Virus record (IMG/VR): IMGVR_UViG_3300030397_000598
Location: 2,330-66,329 of that record
Source: a virus
DNA: 64,000 bases
Strand: one strand, 5' to 3'
The notes beneath the pieces are model-generated. The model searched no databases. It worked only from the letters and a program-made list of their open reading frames with translations, and was not told where the DNA came from. The translations under genes were made by a program, and so were the position numbers. Shown here in pieces: positions 18,794-27,647 of the stretch (position 1 is its first letter; each line of letters begins with the position of its first letter).

Positions 18794-19072
18794 TTATTTT
18801 GCTGATTGCTTCACCTCTTCCACGTATGGACAGAAGCTAAGTTTTGCGTATTGTGCGGGCGTCGCTTCGGGGAAAATCTCATTGTACCCGATGATTTGGC
18901 CCTTTCCGTTTTTGACGGCTTCGCGCTCGTTGCGGATTTTCCGAACTTCAGACACCTTCCGATAGACTTTCACCGGTCCACCGATACCGACGTATTTGCG
19001 CTCGTCAGCAACGCAGTGCAACCGGGGACTGTCTTTCGTCCATTGAGCCGGACCGTATTGTACCTTTGCCAT
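18794..19072 (-). CDS. Hypothetical structural-operon protein
   Basis: 92 aa between the tube-like gene and the portal. Confidence 0.55.
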   Translation of the reverse strand: MAKVQYGPAQWTKDSPRLHCVADERKYVGIGGPVKVYRKVSEVRKIRNEREAVKNGKGQIIGYNEIFPEATPAQYAKLSFCPYVEEVKQSAK

Positions 19073-19108
19073 TATTTGCAGAGTTTTCAGTTTAAAAATT
19101 AGCTCCGA

Positions 19109-19840
19109 CTACACCGGAAGCAATGACTCGGCGACCTCCCATACCATAGGAGCAATCGAAGACTCTCCAACAAGTATGATTTGATCCCCGGCTTTGGACT
19201 GGCCGAACTGGCCGGAACGGTCCGCGTGGGTGCCAATTCGCAGCGTCTTCACTTGCCGTTCAAACGTGCTTCCGTTCCATTCTACGCCGACTATACGGGC
19301 TTGGCAGTTGTTGTCGTAGATAAGGGCGATCAGATCACAGCAGTTAACCAGCTTGGCGAATGCATTCCGGTTGGCCTTACTCTTGCCTTCGAAATTGATG
19401 TCAATAACCTGCTCGTAAACGTCCGCATCCTCAGTAAAGGTGAATTCGTAAAATGAACTCTTACGGTCGAAGGTCATCTTAGCCATAAGAGATCCACCGG
19501 TAACAAGGGGCGGAACTGCGGTCCAACACTGGTTTGTAGCGTCAAAGTAATTGGCATTGCCGAGTGCAACATCTGCCTCAACAGCGGCCCAATCGAAAAA
19601 GTCGTACTTTTCATAGTAGATAGTCCTGATTCCGCCTTTGGTCTTGCAGGTTGTGTTGTCTCCGATGTCCTCTACATCGTCACAATCTGTAACACAGGTC
19701 ATCCCCAACACAGAAGAACGGACAGGGGCCGTCAGTGCCGCCAGGATAAACGACAGGACGAAAGCCTGAAGTGACCCGGCAAACAATGAAACAGCCAGAA
19801 AGGCAACCATAACCCCGTTTAAAATTTTCCTGGTATTCAT
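19109..19840 (-). CDS. Major tail tube-like protein with hydrophobic N-terminal leader
   Basis: Likely start ATG 19840 (removes the overlap with the capsid gene); C..C...GGIRTIY and F.Q.....F.GK patterns; about 45-aa hydrophobic leader. Confidence 0.5.
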   Translation of the reverse strand: MNTRKILNGVMVAFLAVSLFAGSLQAFVLSFILAALTAPVRSSVLGMTCVTDCDDVEDIGDNTTCKTKGGIRTIYYEKYDFFDWAAVEADVALGNANYFDATNQCWTAVPPLVTGGSLMAKMTFDRKSSFYEFTFTEDADVYEQVIDINFEGKSKANRNAFAKLVNCCDLIALIYDNNCQARIVGVEWNGSTFERQVKTLRIGTHADRSGQFGQSKAGDQIILVGESSIAPMVWEVAESLLPV

Positions 19841-19878
19841 TTTCGGATAAATTGAAAGTTCTAAAAAAGGGTTATCGA

Positions 19879-21102
19879 TTAAGCCGGTACTACATACTGT
19901 TGCGTAGCAACGATGTAGTCGGTGTCGGCAATTTGGGTGGACATCAAAGAATGAGCGGCCCAATAGATTTTACCCAGTTCTTTCAGGCTAGTCTCGCGCT
20001 GGATAATAAGCCCGACACCTTGATCAGCAGACGGGATATTACCAAAGCTTCCACCCATGCAGATAACACCGCTTGCGGCCAGGGCGGCAAAGTGCGTTGT
20101 ACCGGTCAGGTATTCATCATAGCAATTCACATCTGACAGCGGAACAACAGGAATGCCGTCGATGTAGTAAACCTTATGGGAGGTCGTGTTGCGCCGTGCG
20201 TCGCCGTTACCGCTTCCGCCGACGATATTTTCAGCAGTAAGTCTCGGATTGATACACACGTTGCTGATACACTGCTCATTGTACGTATCAACGATAGCCG
20301 AATAAATGGAATCTGATACCTTGAAAAGTGGCTGATAAACCGTTTGGTTTCTTACCATTGACCCCTTGTTGATCAACCGGCGGAAACTCGGCTTCGCGGC
20401 GGATTTCAGTTTATCGAACAATGCGATAACATCGCCGGTGTACCTTTCGCCACTGGTGTCAAAGTCGGAAGTTGAGAAAGCTCCCGGCAGATCCAGGTGA
20501 CGTGTAGCGGCATCCGCACCCATGCTTTTCAATAGAAGCAGGTAGCCATTGGCAGTGTCAATCGTCTTCTTAAAAAGGGCTTTTGCCTCCTCGGTTACAC
20601 CATCAGCAAAAACAATAGAAGACGGATCATAAAGCCCGCCCACGGTCATGGTGATTCGGGCACCTTCAGCGGCCTGTTCAACCAACATGCGGGTAACTTC
20701 ATTCAGGACCCTCTCGCCATTGGCGTCTAAGCGTACCGCGTCCGTTCCTCTCCAATTCAGGAATTGCTCGAAACAGGAGTTGAAAAAATCGTCGTAACAA
20801 AGCTCCTCGTTGATCTTTGCGTTTACCGGGGTGAGTTCCTGCTTTCTGACCCGCAGAGATCCGGTTGGGTCCCACGCACAATTGCGGTGTGGTTGCCACA
20901 GGAAAGGCGAACCGCTCAGGGTGTGCAGGATGTATTTTTGAAGTTTGGTAAGCTGCATCCATCCGAAACAGCCGAAACGCCGCTGCCAGAAGTCAAAATC
21001 GCTCAAAACTTCCTCCCGAGCGAAAAAGTTTAGGCTCTTAGAAGGGAATTGCAACTGGTTATCTTGGCGCTTGAAATTGGGCCTTACTAAAATCTGTCCC
21101 AT
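19879..21102 (-). CDS. Major capsid protein
   Basis: 407 aa directly after protease/scaffold; CAWDPTG..KINEELCYDDF pattern, YYIDGIPVV near the C-terminus. Confidence 0.65.
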   Translation of the reverse strand: MGQILVRPNFKRQDNQLQFPSKSLNFFAREEVLSDFDFWQRRFGCFGWMQLTKLQKYILHTLSGSPFLWQPHRNCAWDPTGSLRVRKQELTPVNAKINEELCYDDFFNSCFEQFLNWRGTDAVRLDANGERVLNEVTRMLVEQAAEGARITMTVGGLYDPSSIVFADGVTEEAKALFKKTIDTANGYLLLLKSMGADAATRHLDLPGAFSTSDFDTSGERYTGDVIALFDKLKSAAKPSFRRLINKGSMVRNQTVYQPLFKVSDSIYSAIVDTYNEQCISNVCINPRLTAENIVGGSGNGDARRNTTSHKVYYIDGIPVVPLSDVNCYDEYLTGTTHFAALAASGVICMGGSFGNIPSADQGVGLIIQRETSLKELGKIYWAAHSLMSTQIADTDYIVATQQYVVPA

Positions 21103-21158
21103 TTTTGTGTCTATTTGTCGATTACGAATGTTATTAGAGAGCCGGTTTTCGGCTGTTT

Positions 21159-22568
21159 TTAGTACTTGCTGTCACCGGCCACCGTCAGGGTATCCAGTTG
21201 CTTTTGGAAGTCGTCGAAAGCCTTGTTTTGGCTTGGGACGCCGGTGTTATCCTCTTCGTTGCCGCCTTCACTGTTTCCTTGCAATTCAGCAACGGTCTGT
21301 TCCAAATTGGTTTTGTCGGCCTTAAGGGTTTCGATCTCTGCCTTCAGGTTTTCAATCTGTTCATTTACAGCCGGGGCGTTTTCACTGGATTCTCCAACCT
21401 GTGAACGGAGTTGTTCCAGTTCTCCCTTCATGGAGTTCATGGAGTTTTGTAAATCCTGAAACTGCTGGTTGAGTGCTACGGTAGCGGCAGCAACCGCCGA
21501 GCTAACCTGCTCTGAAATCGGTTTCATTCCGGTCAAACTGTTTACAATATCTTCCTCACTGGTGTCAGCACCCCAGGAAGTGCCAAAAATGGCGTTACAG
21601 GCCGAAATAATTGATTCTCTGAAATTCATATCTGATTGATTTGAATCGTGATCGTTGGTTAAATTAAATGCGAAGTCGTAGACCTCGTTAAGTGTCTTTA
21701 TACCGTCAGCGAGTCCCCGATCTATTGCTTCACGTGCCGGGAACATTCCGCCCTTTAGGGTATTTTCTTTTTTACTGGGGTTTAGTTCTCTATACTTGAG
21801 TACTTCTGATTGGAATCGCTCGGCGCTGGCCGTGGCTTTTTCTTCCAATGGCTTATTATTGCCTTTTAGCCACTCCCTGAAAGCCTTGTTTTTATCCGGG
21901 CTGACAGTGGCGTATACATCCTCGAAATTCTTGTTGAAAAACTTCCGGTATGCCTTGCTTGTGGGGATATAGGACCCGATAGAACCAAATTGACTATCAG
22001 GACCGGCAGCAAAAATTTTGGTAGCAGGTAAAACACCGTCTAATGCGGCTGACCCTACTGTCTGACCATAGACGATTACCGGCGTACCGGCTTTCTCTGA
22101 ATCTATGATTGCGTTTTTCAATTCCTGACCGGCGATGGATTCGCCACCGCCGCTGTTAACCTCAAATACCGTTGCAATAATATTCGGGTTTGCCGCCATT
22201 GCCCTGAAATCGCGGCACAGCGATTTAATCCCACGGCTTGAGATTCCGCCGTCCAGCCGCATTGCACCCGACATTTTCAAATGGGCAACACTTCCCTGTG
22301 GTATGTCAGATCCGGAATTTACCTGATAGGCCGAATACACCCCTTCTGATCGAGATACAGCGCGGAGCATTTCAGATTTTCTCTTTTCAGAGTACATAAG
22401 GGAAAATGCATCCTCTTGCCCGATACTGACAAGATTGACGGCTTGCACATATTCCGCCCAATACTGCAAAGCGCAATCGATATCGATATGCAATTTTTCC
22501 TGAGCGAATACAAACGAATGCACCGCCCGATTGAACTTATGTTTAGTCTTTTTAGGCATTGAGTACAA
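21159..22568 (-). CDS. S49/SppA-like prohead protease with C-terminal scaffold coiled coil
   Basis: VNSGGGES, VGSAAL, QFGSIGSY and GGMFPAREAIDRGLADGI motifs; coiled-coil tail. Confidence 0.85.
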   Translation of the reverse strand: MYSMPKKTKHKFNRAVHSFVFAQEKLHIDIDCALQYWAEYVQAVNLVSIGQEDAFSLMYSEKRKSEMLRAVSRSEGVYSAYQVNSGSDIPQGSVAHLKMSGAMRLDGGISSRGIKSLCRDFRAMAANPNIIATVFEVNSGGGESIAGQELKNAIIDSEKAGTPVIVYGQTVGSAALDGVLPATKIFAAGPDSQFGSIGSYIPTSKAYRKFFNKNFEDVYATVSPDKNKAFREWLKGNNKPLEEKATASAERFQSEVLKYRELNPSKKENTLKGGMFPAREAIDRGLADGIKTLNEVYDFAFNLTNDHDSNQSDMNFRESIISACNAIFGTSWGADTSEEDIVNSLTGMKPISEQVSSAVAAATVALNQQFQDLQNSMNSMKGELEQLRSQVGESSENAPAVNEQIENLKAEIETLKADKTNLEQTVAELQGNSEGGNEEDNTGVPSQNKAFDDFQKQLDTLTVAGDSKY

Positions 22569-22999
22569 TAATACTCATGCACAAGTCCAAAGTAAAGGAA
22601 AGGAGAATTGACCGCGCCGTAAAAGGGCGCGATTGGTGTTTTTAATTAGTGTGCGGTTTGTTTTGGCGCGTTTCGTTAGTACAGGAAGCTATGAAATTAT
22701 ACATTTTAGTGTTTTTCTGAGCTTTTTAGGCTTTTCTGCTGAAGGGTTTACAAACATAGCTCTTCCGTTCTATACTTGGAGTATGCTTAAAAAGATACGA
22801 ACATGGGGCAATAAATTTGTATTTAAAGAGAGTACAAACCCGTCCTGAATGAGTGCTTTGAAGCAGTAGAGTAGCAGGTTCACTGCGCCGTACCGTTTGA
22901 TTATAAGTGTTTCCAAAGGTAGCTCCGAATCTTTATTTTTTTTGCTAACCTGCCTAGTATTGCTAAGGAAAGTCGAAAAAATAAGGCAAAAATTGCATT

Positions 23000-23063
23000 T
23001 GGACAAAAAAATAGGTATTATTGTCTAAACTCCTGTCCAAGAAACTGTCCATAGCTATGTCCG
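23000..23063 (+). repeat. Four TGTC(C/T) direct repeats at exact 12-bp period plus one inverted copy at the Fic 5' end
   Basis: TGTCTA 23022, TGTCCA 23034, TGTCCA 23046, TGTCCG 23058; TGGACA 23000. Confidence 0.6.
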
Positions 23064-24217
23064 CCGATCTAAAAAAAAAGTATCCTCATCTCAGTTTTAC
23101 TAAAAATTGGGAATTAACCTCGACCTCAATGTTCCTTCTGGGGCAATGCCAGGCTTATGTACAAGCAATTTTGAATGCTGGAATTTTGCCTCGTTACTAC
23201 TCCAAACTGATGAGTGTCTCTTTGACAAAGGGGGCTCAGGCGACTACTGCAATCGAAGGAAACTCATTGTCGATCGAAGAAATTGAACAAATCAAAAAAG
23301 GAGACCCTTTACCTCCTAGCAAGGAATATCAAGAAAAAGAAGTGAAGAACATCCTCGAAGCGTATAATATGATTCTAAATAAAGTAATAACAAAGAAAGA
23401 ACCAGAAATTATCACCCCTAAATTTTTAAAGAAATATCATAAGATAATTGGCAAAGATCTTGGTAAATATTTTGATGCGATCCCCGGTGCGTTTAGAACC
23501 GACAATCGCATAGTAGGTAATTATAGATGCCCTGACTATCAAGATGTAATTGAATTGGTGGATCGCTACTGCAAATGGCTTGCTAAAGAATTTCACTATC
23601 GCAGAGGGCAGGAATTTCATGAATCAGTAGTTCAGGCAATTGTTGCGCATGTATATTTAGAGTGGATACATCCTTTTGGAGACGGGAACGGACGGACTGG
23701 GCGACTTCTCGAGCTTTACATCCTTTTAAGAGGGGGAATACCCAATATAGCATGTCATATTTTATCAAGCTACTATAACTTAACAAGACCGCAATATTAC
23801 ACGGAAATAAAGGAAGCCACGCAAAATAAGTCTTTAACAAAATTCATTGAATATGCTCTCCTAGGATTTCGTGACGGTCTTGAACAAACTTTGAAAACAA
23901 TTCAAAAGAGCCAGCTTGAAATTACCTGGCAAAAGTATGTTTACGATCAATTTTCCAATCAAACAATAGGTCAAAGAGGGGTGTTCAAAAGAAGGAGAAG
24001 ATTGGCTTTAGAAATGCCATATGATAAATGGTCAAATAGGGATGAAGTACTCTTTGTTAGCCCTCAAATTGCAAGTAATTACAGAAACGTTTCTGAAAAG
24101 ACGATAGACCGGGACCTCAAATTTTTAGTTGGATTAGATTTAATTGAAATGAATGATTCCAAACAATATCGATCAAAAATCAGTCAACTCAAATCACTAC
24201 TTGCTATGAAAGCATAA
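23057..24217 (+). CDS. Fic/Doc family protein with C-terminal winged-HTH-like region
   Basis: Canonical HPFGDGNGRTGR; TAIEGN inhibitory-helix-like motif; SEKTIDRDLKFL HTH-like end (TTG 23021 is an alternative start). Confidence 0.9.
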   Translation: MSADLKKKYPHLSFTKNWELTSTSMFLLGQCQAYVQAILNAGILPRYYSKLMSVSLTKGAQATTAIEGNSLSIEEIEQIKKGDPLPPSKEYQEKEVKNILEAYNMILNKVITKKEPEIITPKFLKKYHKIIGKDLGKYFDAIPGAFRTDNRIVGNYRCPDYQDVIELVDRYCKWLAKEFHYRRGQEFHESVVQAIVAHVYLEWIHPFGDGNGRTGRLLELYILLRGGIPNIACHILSSYYNLTRPQYYTEIKEATQNKSLTKFIEYALLGFRDGLEQTLKTIQKSQLEITWQKYVYDQFSNQTIGQRGVFKRRRRLALEMPYDKWSNRDEVLFVSPQIASNYRNVSEKTIDRDLKFLVGLDLIEMNDSKQYRSKISQLKSLLAMKA

Positions 24218-24305
24218 AGTTGGGTCCTTTCTCGAAAAGTGATTAAGGTATGTTCCATTGTAAGTGGTGAATGGCTAGCGCTGTGCCCGATAAATCCAAA
24301 CTCTT

Positions 24306-24389
24306 TCATTTGTACACACCTACCTTAGCACCAATCACCCGTAACTCTTTTTCCGTCACCTTCCGCAGCCGCATGATATCGCCTTTCTT
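24306..24389 (-). pseudogene. Degenerate copy of the 3' end of the 27175-27471 gene
   Basis: Encodes KKGDIMRLRKVTEKELRVIGAKVGVYK* versus KKGDIMRLLKVTEKELRTMGARVGEYR*; in-frame TAA upstream and no start. Confidence 0.75.
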
Positions 24390-24709
24390 TGTTTTCCATT
24401 TTTGATGTGTATCTGGTTTCGGGCCGTGTGAAATGTAGTAGCGATGGCCATGATGGTAACAGGACAGTTAGTTGGTATCAGTAGGGGCAGGCTCAATGTA
24501 AAGGGCGAGCGGATTGGGAACGCACTAAATGGGCGCGAATGATATAAAGTGTGCAGATATTATTGAGGCTTCTGCGCAGAATGGAGAAGGCGGCTGACTT
24601 AAAACAATCTCTATAACTCGATGAAACTCATGAATTATCGAACCCGCCGCAAAAAAATCATTGAATAAAAGTATATTTGAGGCTAGTCCTTATAAACAAC
24701 CTGCTGCGT

Positions 24710-25390
24710 TTAGTTGTCAACTACAAGGTATTCCAATAAACAAGATTTTTCTAAATGAGTTCTACCCTGAAATGCACTGGGAATTTGCAACTGTGCCTGC
24801 GATGAATTACCCAACCTCCTAAATTCATATATCAAAGCAGTTATATCATATTCCTGATCGATATTGATCTTTTTCAACCCTCTAGGAAGTTTATTTGCCC
24901 CTCTGTGCAGCCAATTGTAGACCGAATCTCTTGAAGGAGCACGAGAGTCTGAATATATAATTTCATTGGATACTAAAAATGCAATACATCGATAGTATCC
25001 TGGTTTAGCTTTAAATAGAGCTCTTATATAATCAGAAACTGAAAAAATGCGTGTACGAGAGTAGTGATAAATCCATCTTTCGGATTCAGGTTTTGTTGTT
25101 CCATTCTCGTTAATTTGTTCGAGCTGGGTGACCACAGCGAACCCATTTGGTACAGAGAAGTAACTTTTTCTATAATAGCCACAATTATCTAGAGCTTTAT
25201 TTAAAGCGACAAGAACATCACCTAGGGATTTGCTTCTTTTTAATACCGATATTGGTAAGATGTCAATTGCGGAAGGTTTGGGATAGGGGATAGGGAACTC
25301 AGGAATGCCAACAGAGAAATTTCTTAGGCACCCTGACAGCAACAATACAAGACCAATAAAAATTGATATAAAAACACTATTGCATCTCAC
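24710..25390 (-). CDS. Cargo lipoprotein of unknown function
   Basis: VLLLSGC lipobox; AT-rich block. Confidence 0.65.
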   Translation of the reverse strand: MRCNSVFISIFIGLVLLLSGCLRNFSVGIPEFPIPYPKPSAIDILPISVLKRSKSLGDVLVALNKALDNCGYYRKSYFSVPNGFAVVTQLEQINENGTTKPESERWIYHYSRTRIFSVSDYIRALFKAKPGYYRCIAFLVSNEIIYSDSRAPSRDSVYNWLHRGANKLPRGLKKINIDQEYDITALIYEFRRLGNSSQAQLQIPSAFQGRTHLEKSCLLEYLVVDN

Positions 25391-25713
25391 TATATGGGCA
25401 ATTACGATTAAAAATTTAAAATTGCTTTGAATTTAATAAAGAAAATTATATTATACAAATACATACGCAACCTCTCTTCAATGAAAAAGTCATGTGATGT
25501 AGAATTATACACTAATATTTTCTGGCCAATATGCACGGCAAGCTTGGCTCAGGCTGAAGAAATCTCTGAATGATTTATTCTCCCATGAATGCACCCTAAC
25601 TGTTTTAGCATGTAAGGAATCATTTATTAATTGATCCTTAAGTTTAATGTCCATATAGCTATCACATTAAATTGGTTTCTGACAATTTATATACATAAAA
25701 CAATAAAAGGAAC

Positions 25714-26436
25714 ATGTTGCGGTCTTCTATATTTGTGCTGATAGGGGCAATTATAATCCTGTCTATCATAGGGACTCAGGGACTTGGTGGGATATATGGA
25801 GCTAGAGGCCAGCAGGTAAGGGCCTTGGTATGGGTATTGGTCAACTTTATACCTCTATTAGTGGTGTTGAATTTACTAGAAAAAAGCGGTAGGAGGCCCG
25901 GAAATCATCGATTCAAATTTAACACAAAACTAATTCATCAAATCATAATCTTAATCTACGTCTTGGTTTTATTGGGGGTAGTGCTTTCGCAGCCATTTTT
26001 CGAGGCACATCCGATTGAAACTTTAGAAGGGGCCTATTTAATGACTATACCTATGCAGCTAATAATTGTACTATTCTTAGTCTTCTCATCCATGGAACGC
26101 GAGGAAGCGGCCGCTCCCGAAAAAGAGAAGGAGGCAGTTCCAAGGATCAAAGAAGTTCCGAAAATAGCTACTGTGCGAATCCCAGATGAATTAAAGAAAG
26201 AATGTCAAGTTTTGATTTCCCGTGGTAAACTCGAACAAGCTTTGGAATTACTTAGGGAAAAATTGTATTGCGAATCCGGGTCAGAAATTTACCAAGCAAT
26301 CCTATTGCTACAAAGTGAATTCACCAAATTGCATACTGATGAACTTTTGGGTTTGATCACGCCTGATGCCGGGAGAGTTGAGAGAGCAAAGATTTCAAAG
26401 GCTGTAATTGGTTTGTTAAACAAAGCAATTAATTAA
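25714..26436 (+). CDS. 4-TM membrane protein with C-terminal EAD11-like effector-associated domain
   Basis: Four hydrophobic segments then LISRGKLEQALELL..ILLLQSEFTKLHTDELLGLIT....VERAKISKAVIGLL. Confidence 0.65.
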   Translation: MLRSSIFVLIGAIIILSIIGTQGLGGIYGARGQQVRALVWVLVNFIPLLVVLNLLEKSGRRPGNHRFKFNTKLIHQIIILIYVLVLLGVVLSQPFFEAHPIETLEGAYLMTIPMQLIIVLFLVFSSMEREEAAAPEKEKEAVPRIKEVPKIATVRIPDELKKECQVLISRGKLEQALELLREKLYCESGSEIYQAILLLQSEFTKLHTDELLGLITPDAGRVERAKISKAVIGLLNKAIN

Positions 26437-26651
26437 ATGTAAAGCCCTTCCTAATTTCTGTTGGATTGTGCTTGTCTCTTCGCCGGTTTTTCGAACCGCC
26501 GTATTTATGGAGACTGTCTATCATTCTAATTTAGCAAAATTCCAAATCCGCTTTGATTGGAGCTCTCCATATGAAGCTTATAAGTGCTTTAGTTGTTCTC
26601 CTTTTTTGGGTTTACACCCTTTGGGCTTGAGACCAAAAAAGGAGAATAACT

Positions 26652-26975
26652 ATGTCAAATACCACTCACAATCACATTGAAATCAACCCATATCCAAAAA
26701 ATGTTGGCTTTGGATTAAATCTAAACAGAGCTGAAAAAGCAATTAAAAAACTTGGTCTCGCCCCTAATGCTAATATCTATACTCGCTCATTTGATAACTG
26801 TTTTGAAATGTTTGATGGAGGCCCAATTGTTTGGGTCTTACTGCATAAAGCCATGAAGGAGCCGAATACCCTTGGCAAAAATCTTCTTACTAGAAGTATC
26901 CAAGAGATGTTCAGCTCTAGCCTAAATGGTAAAAGTATCCTTCCAAATGGCTTCAGACCTACGAAAAAGGGTTAG
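26652..26975 (+). CDS. Cargo hypothetical protein
   Basis: 107 aa, GGAG upstream, opposite strand to the phage core genes. Confidence 0.55.
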   Translation: MSNTTHNHIEINPYPKNVGFGLNLNRAEKAIKKLGLAPNANIYTRSFDNCFEMFDGGPIVWVLLHKAMKEPNTLGKNLLTRSIQEMFSSSLNGKSILPNGFRPTKKG

Positions 26976-27174
26976 AATCATTGGATCAAACAAACACCCA
27001 AAAGTTTTCTCTCTTTTGAGAAAGCGGACCCTGAAAATTTTTAATTCTAGGACCATTTATTAAAACAAAACTCGATTGTTGACAGATCGGCTGATCCGTA
27101 ATGGGAAAGGTACATAAAACTGGTCTAGAAAATCTAAGTTTGAAAAACCTGTGATTGAAAGTTTGCACGAATAT

Positions 27175-27471
27175 TCATCTGTACTCCCCGACCCTCGCCC
27201 CCATTGTCCTTAGCTCTTTTTCCGTCACCTTCAACAACCTCATAATATCGCCTTTCTTTTTCCCTTCCGCTCGATATTTCATCACCAGTGGTCTCGCCAA
27301 TTCCTTATACTTATAGCAGCTCATTACTGAAAGCCGATGCGCCGGAATATCACAGACCGACGTAACGTCGTCACCCCATACATAGTTATTGTATCGGATA
27401 TACATCCTAGAATAATCTTCAGGTAGCCGGATGACCTTAGCTGCTGACATCTTGTGTACTTTTTGAGTCAA
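27175..27471 (-). CDS. Hypothetical protein ending the tail block
   Basis: 98 aa; 3' end duplicated at 24306-24389. Confidence 0.65.
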   Translation of the reverse strand: MTQKVHKMSAAKVIRLPEDYSRMYIRYNNYVWGDDVTSVCDIPAHRLSVMSCYKYKELARPLVMKYRAEGKKKGDIMRLLKVTEKELRTMGARVGEYR

Positions 27472-27646
27472 TAAAACTTTGCATCCAAAGGGTGAATTCC
27501 CTGTTCGAACAGGTGCTACAATTCGGCATAGCCCCGTGTGCCTTGAGTATCTTCTTTACCTCTGGGTAGTCCCTTTGGCGGTAAAGGGTTATAACGCGGT
27601 CATGCATCCTATCTGGTAGTTTTGAAAAGTCCCAACTTCCGCCCAT
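27437..27646 (-). CDS. Small hypothetical protein (CxxC)
   Basis: 69 aa, coupled to neighbours. Confidence 0.5.
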   Translation of the reverse strand: MGGSWDFSKLPDRMHDRVITLYRQRDYPEVKKILKAHGAMPNCSTCSNREFTLWMQSFIDSKSTQDVSS

Positions 27647-27647
27647 T

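Noticed and set aside
22770-23006. 78-aa minus-strand ORF upstream of Fic
   Set aside because: Overlaps the Fic promoter region, has low-information composition and no motif
24593-24606. GGCTGACTTAAAAC resembling the reverse complement of sequence next to the attP-like core
   Set aside because: Only about 10 contiguous matching bases with a gap, in AT-rich DNA; chance is plausible
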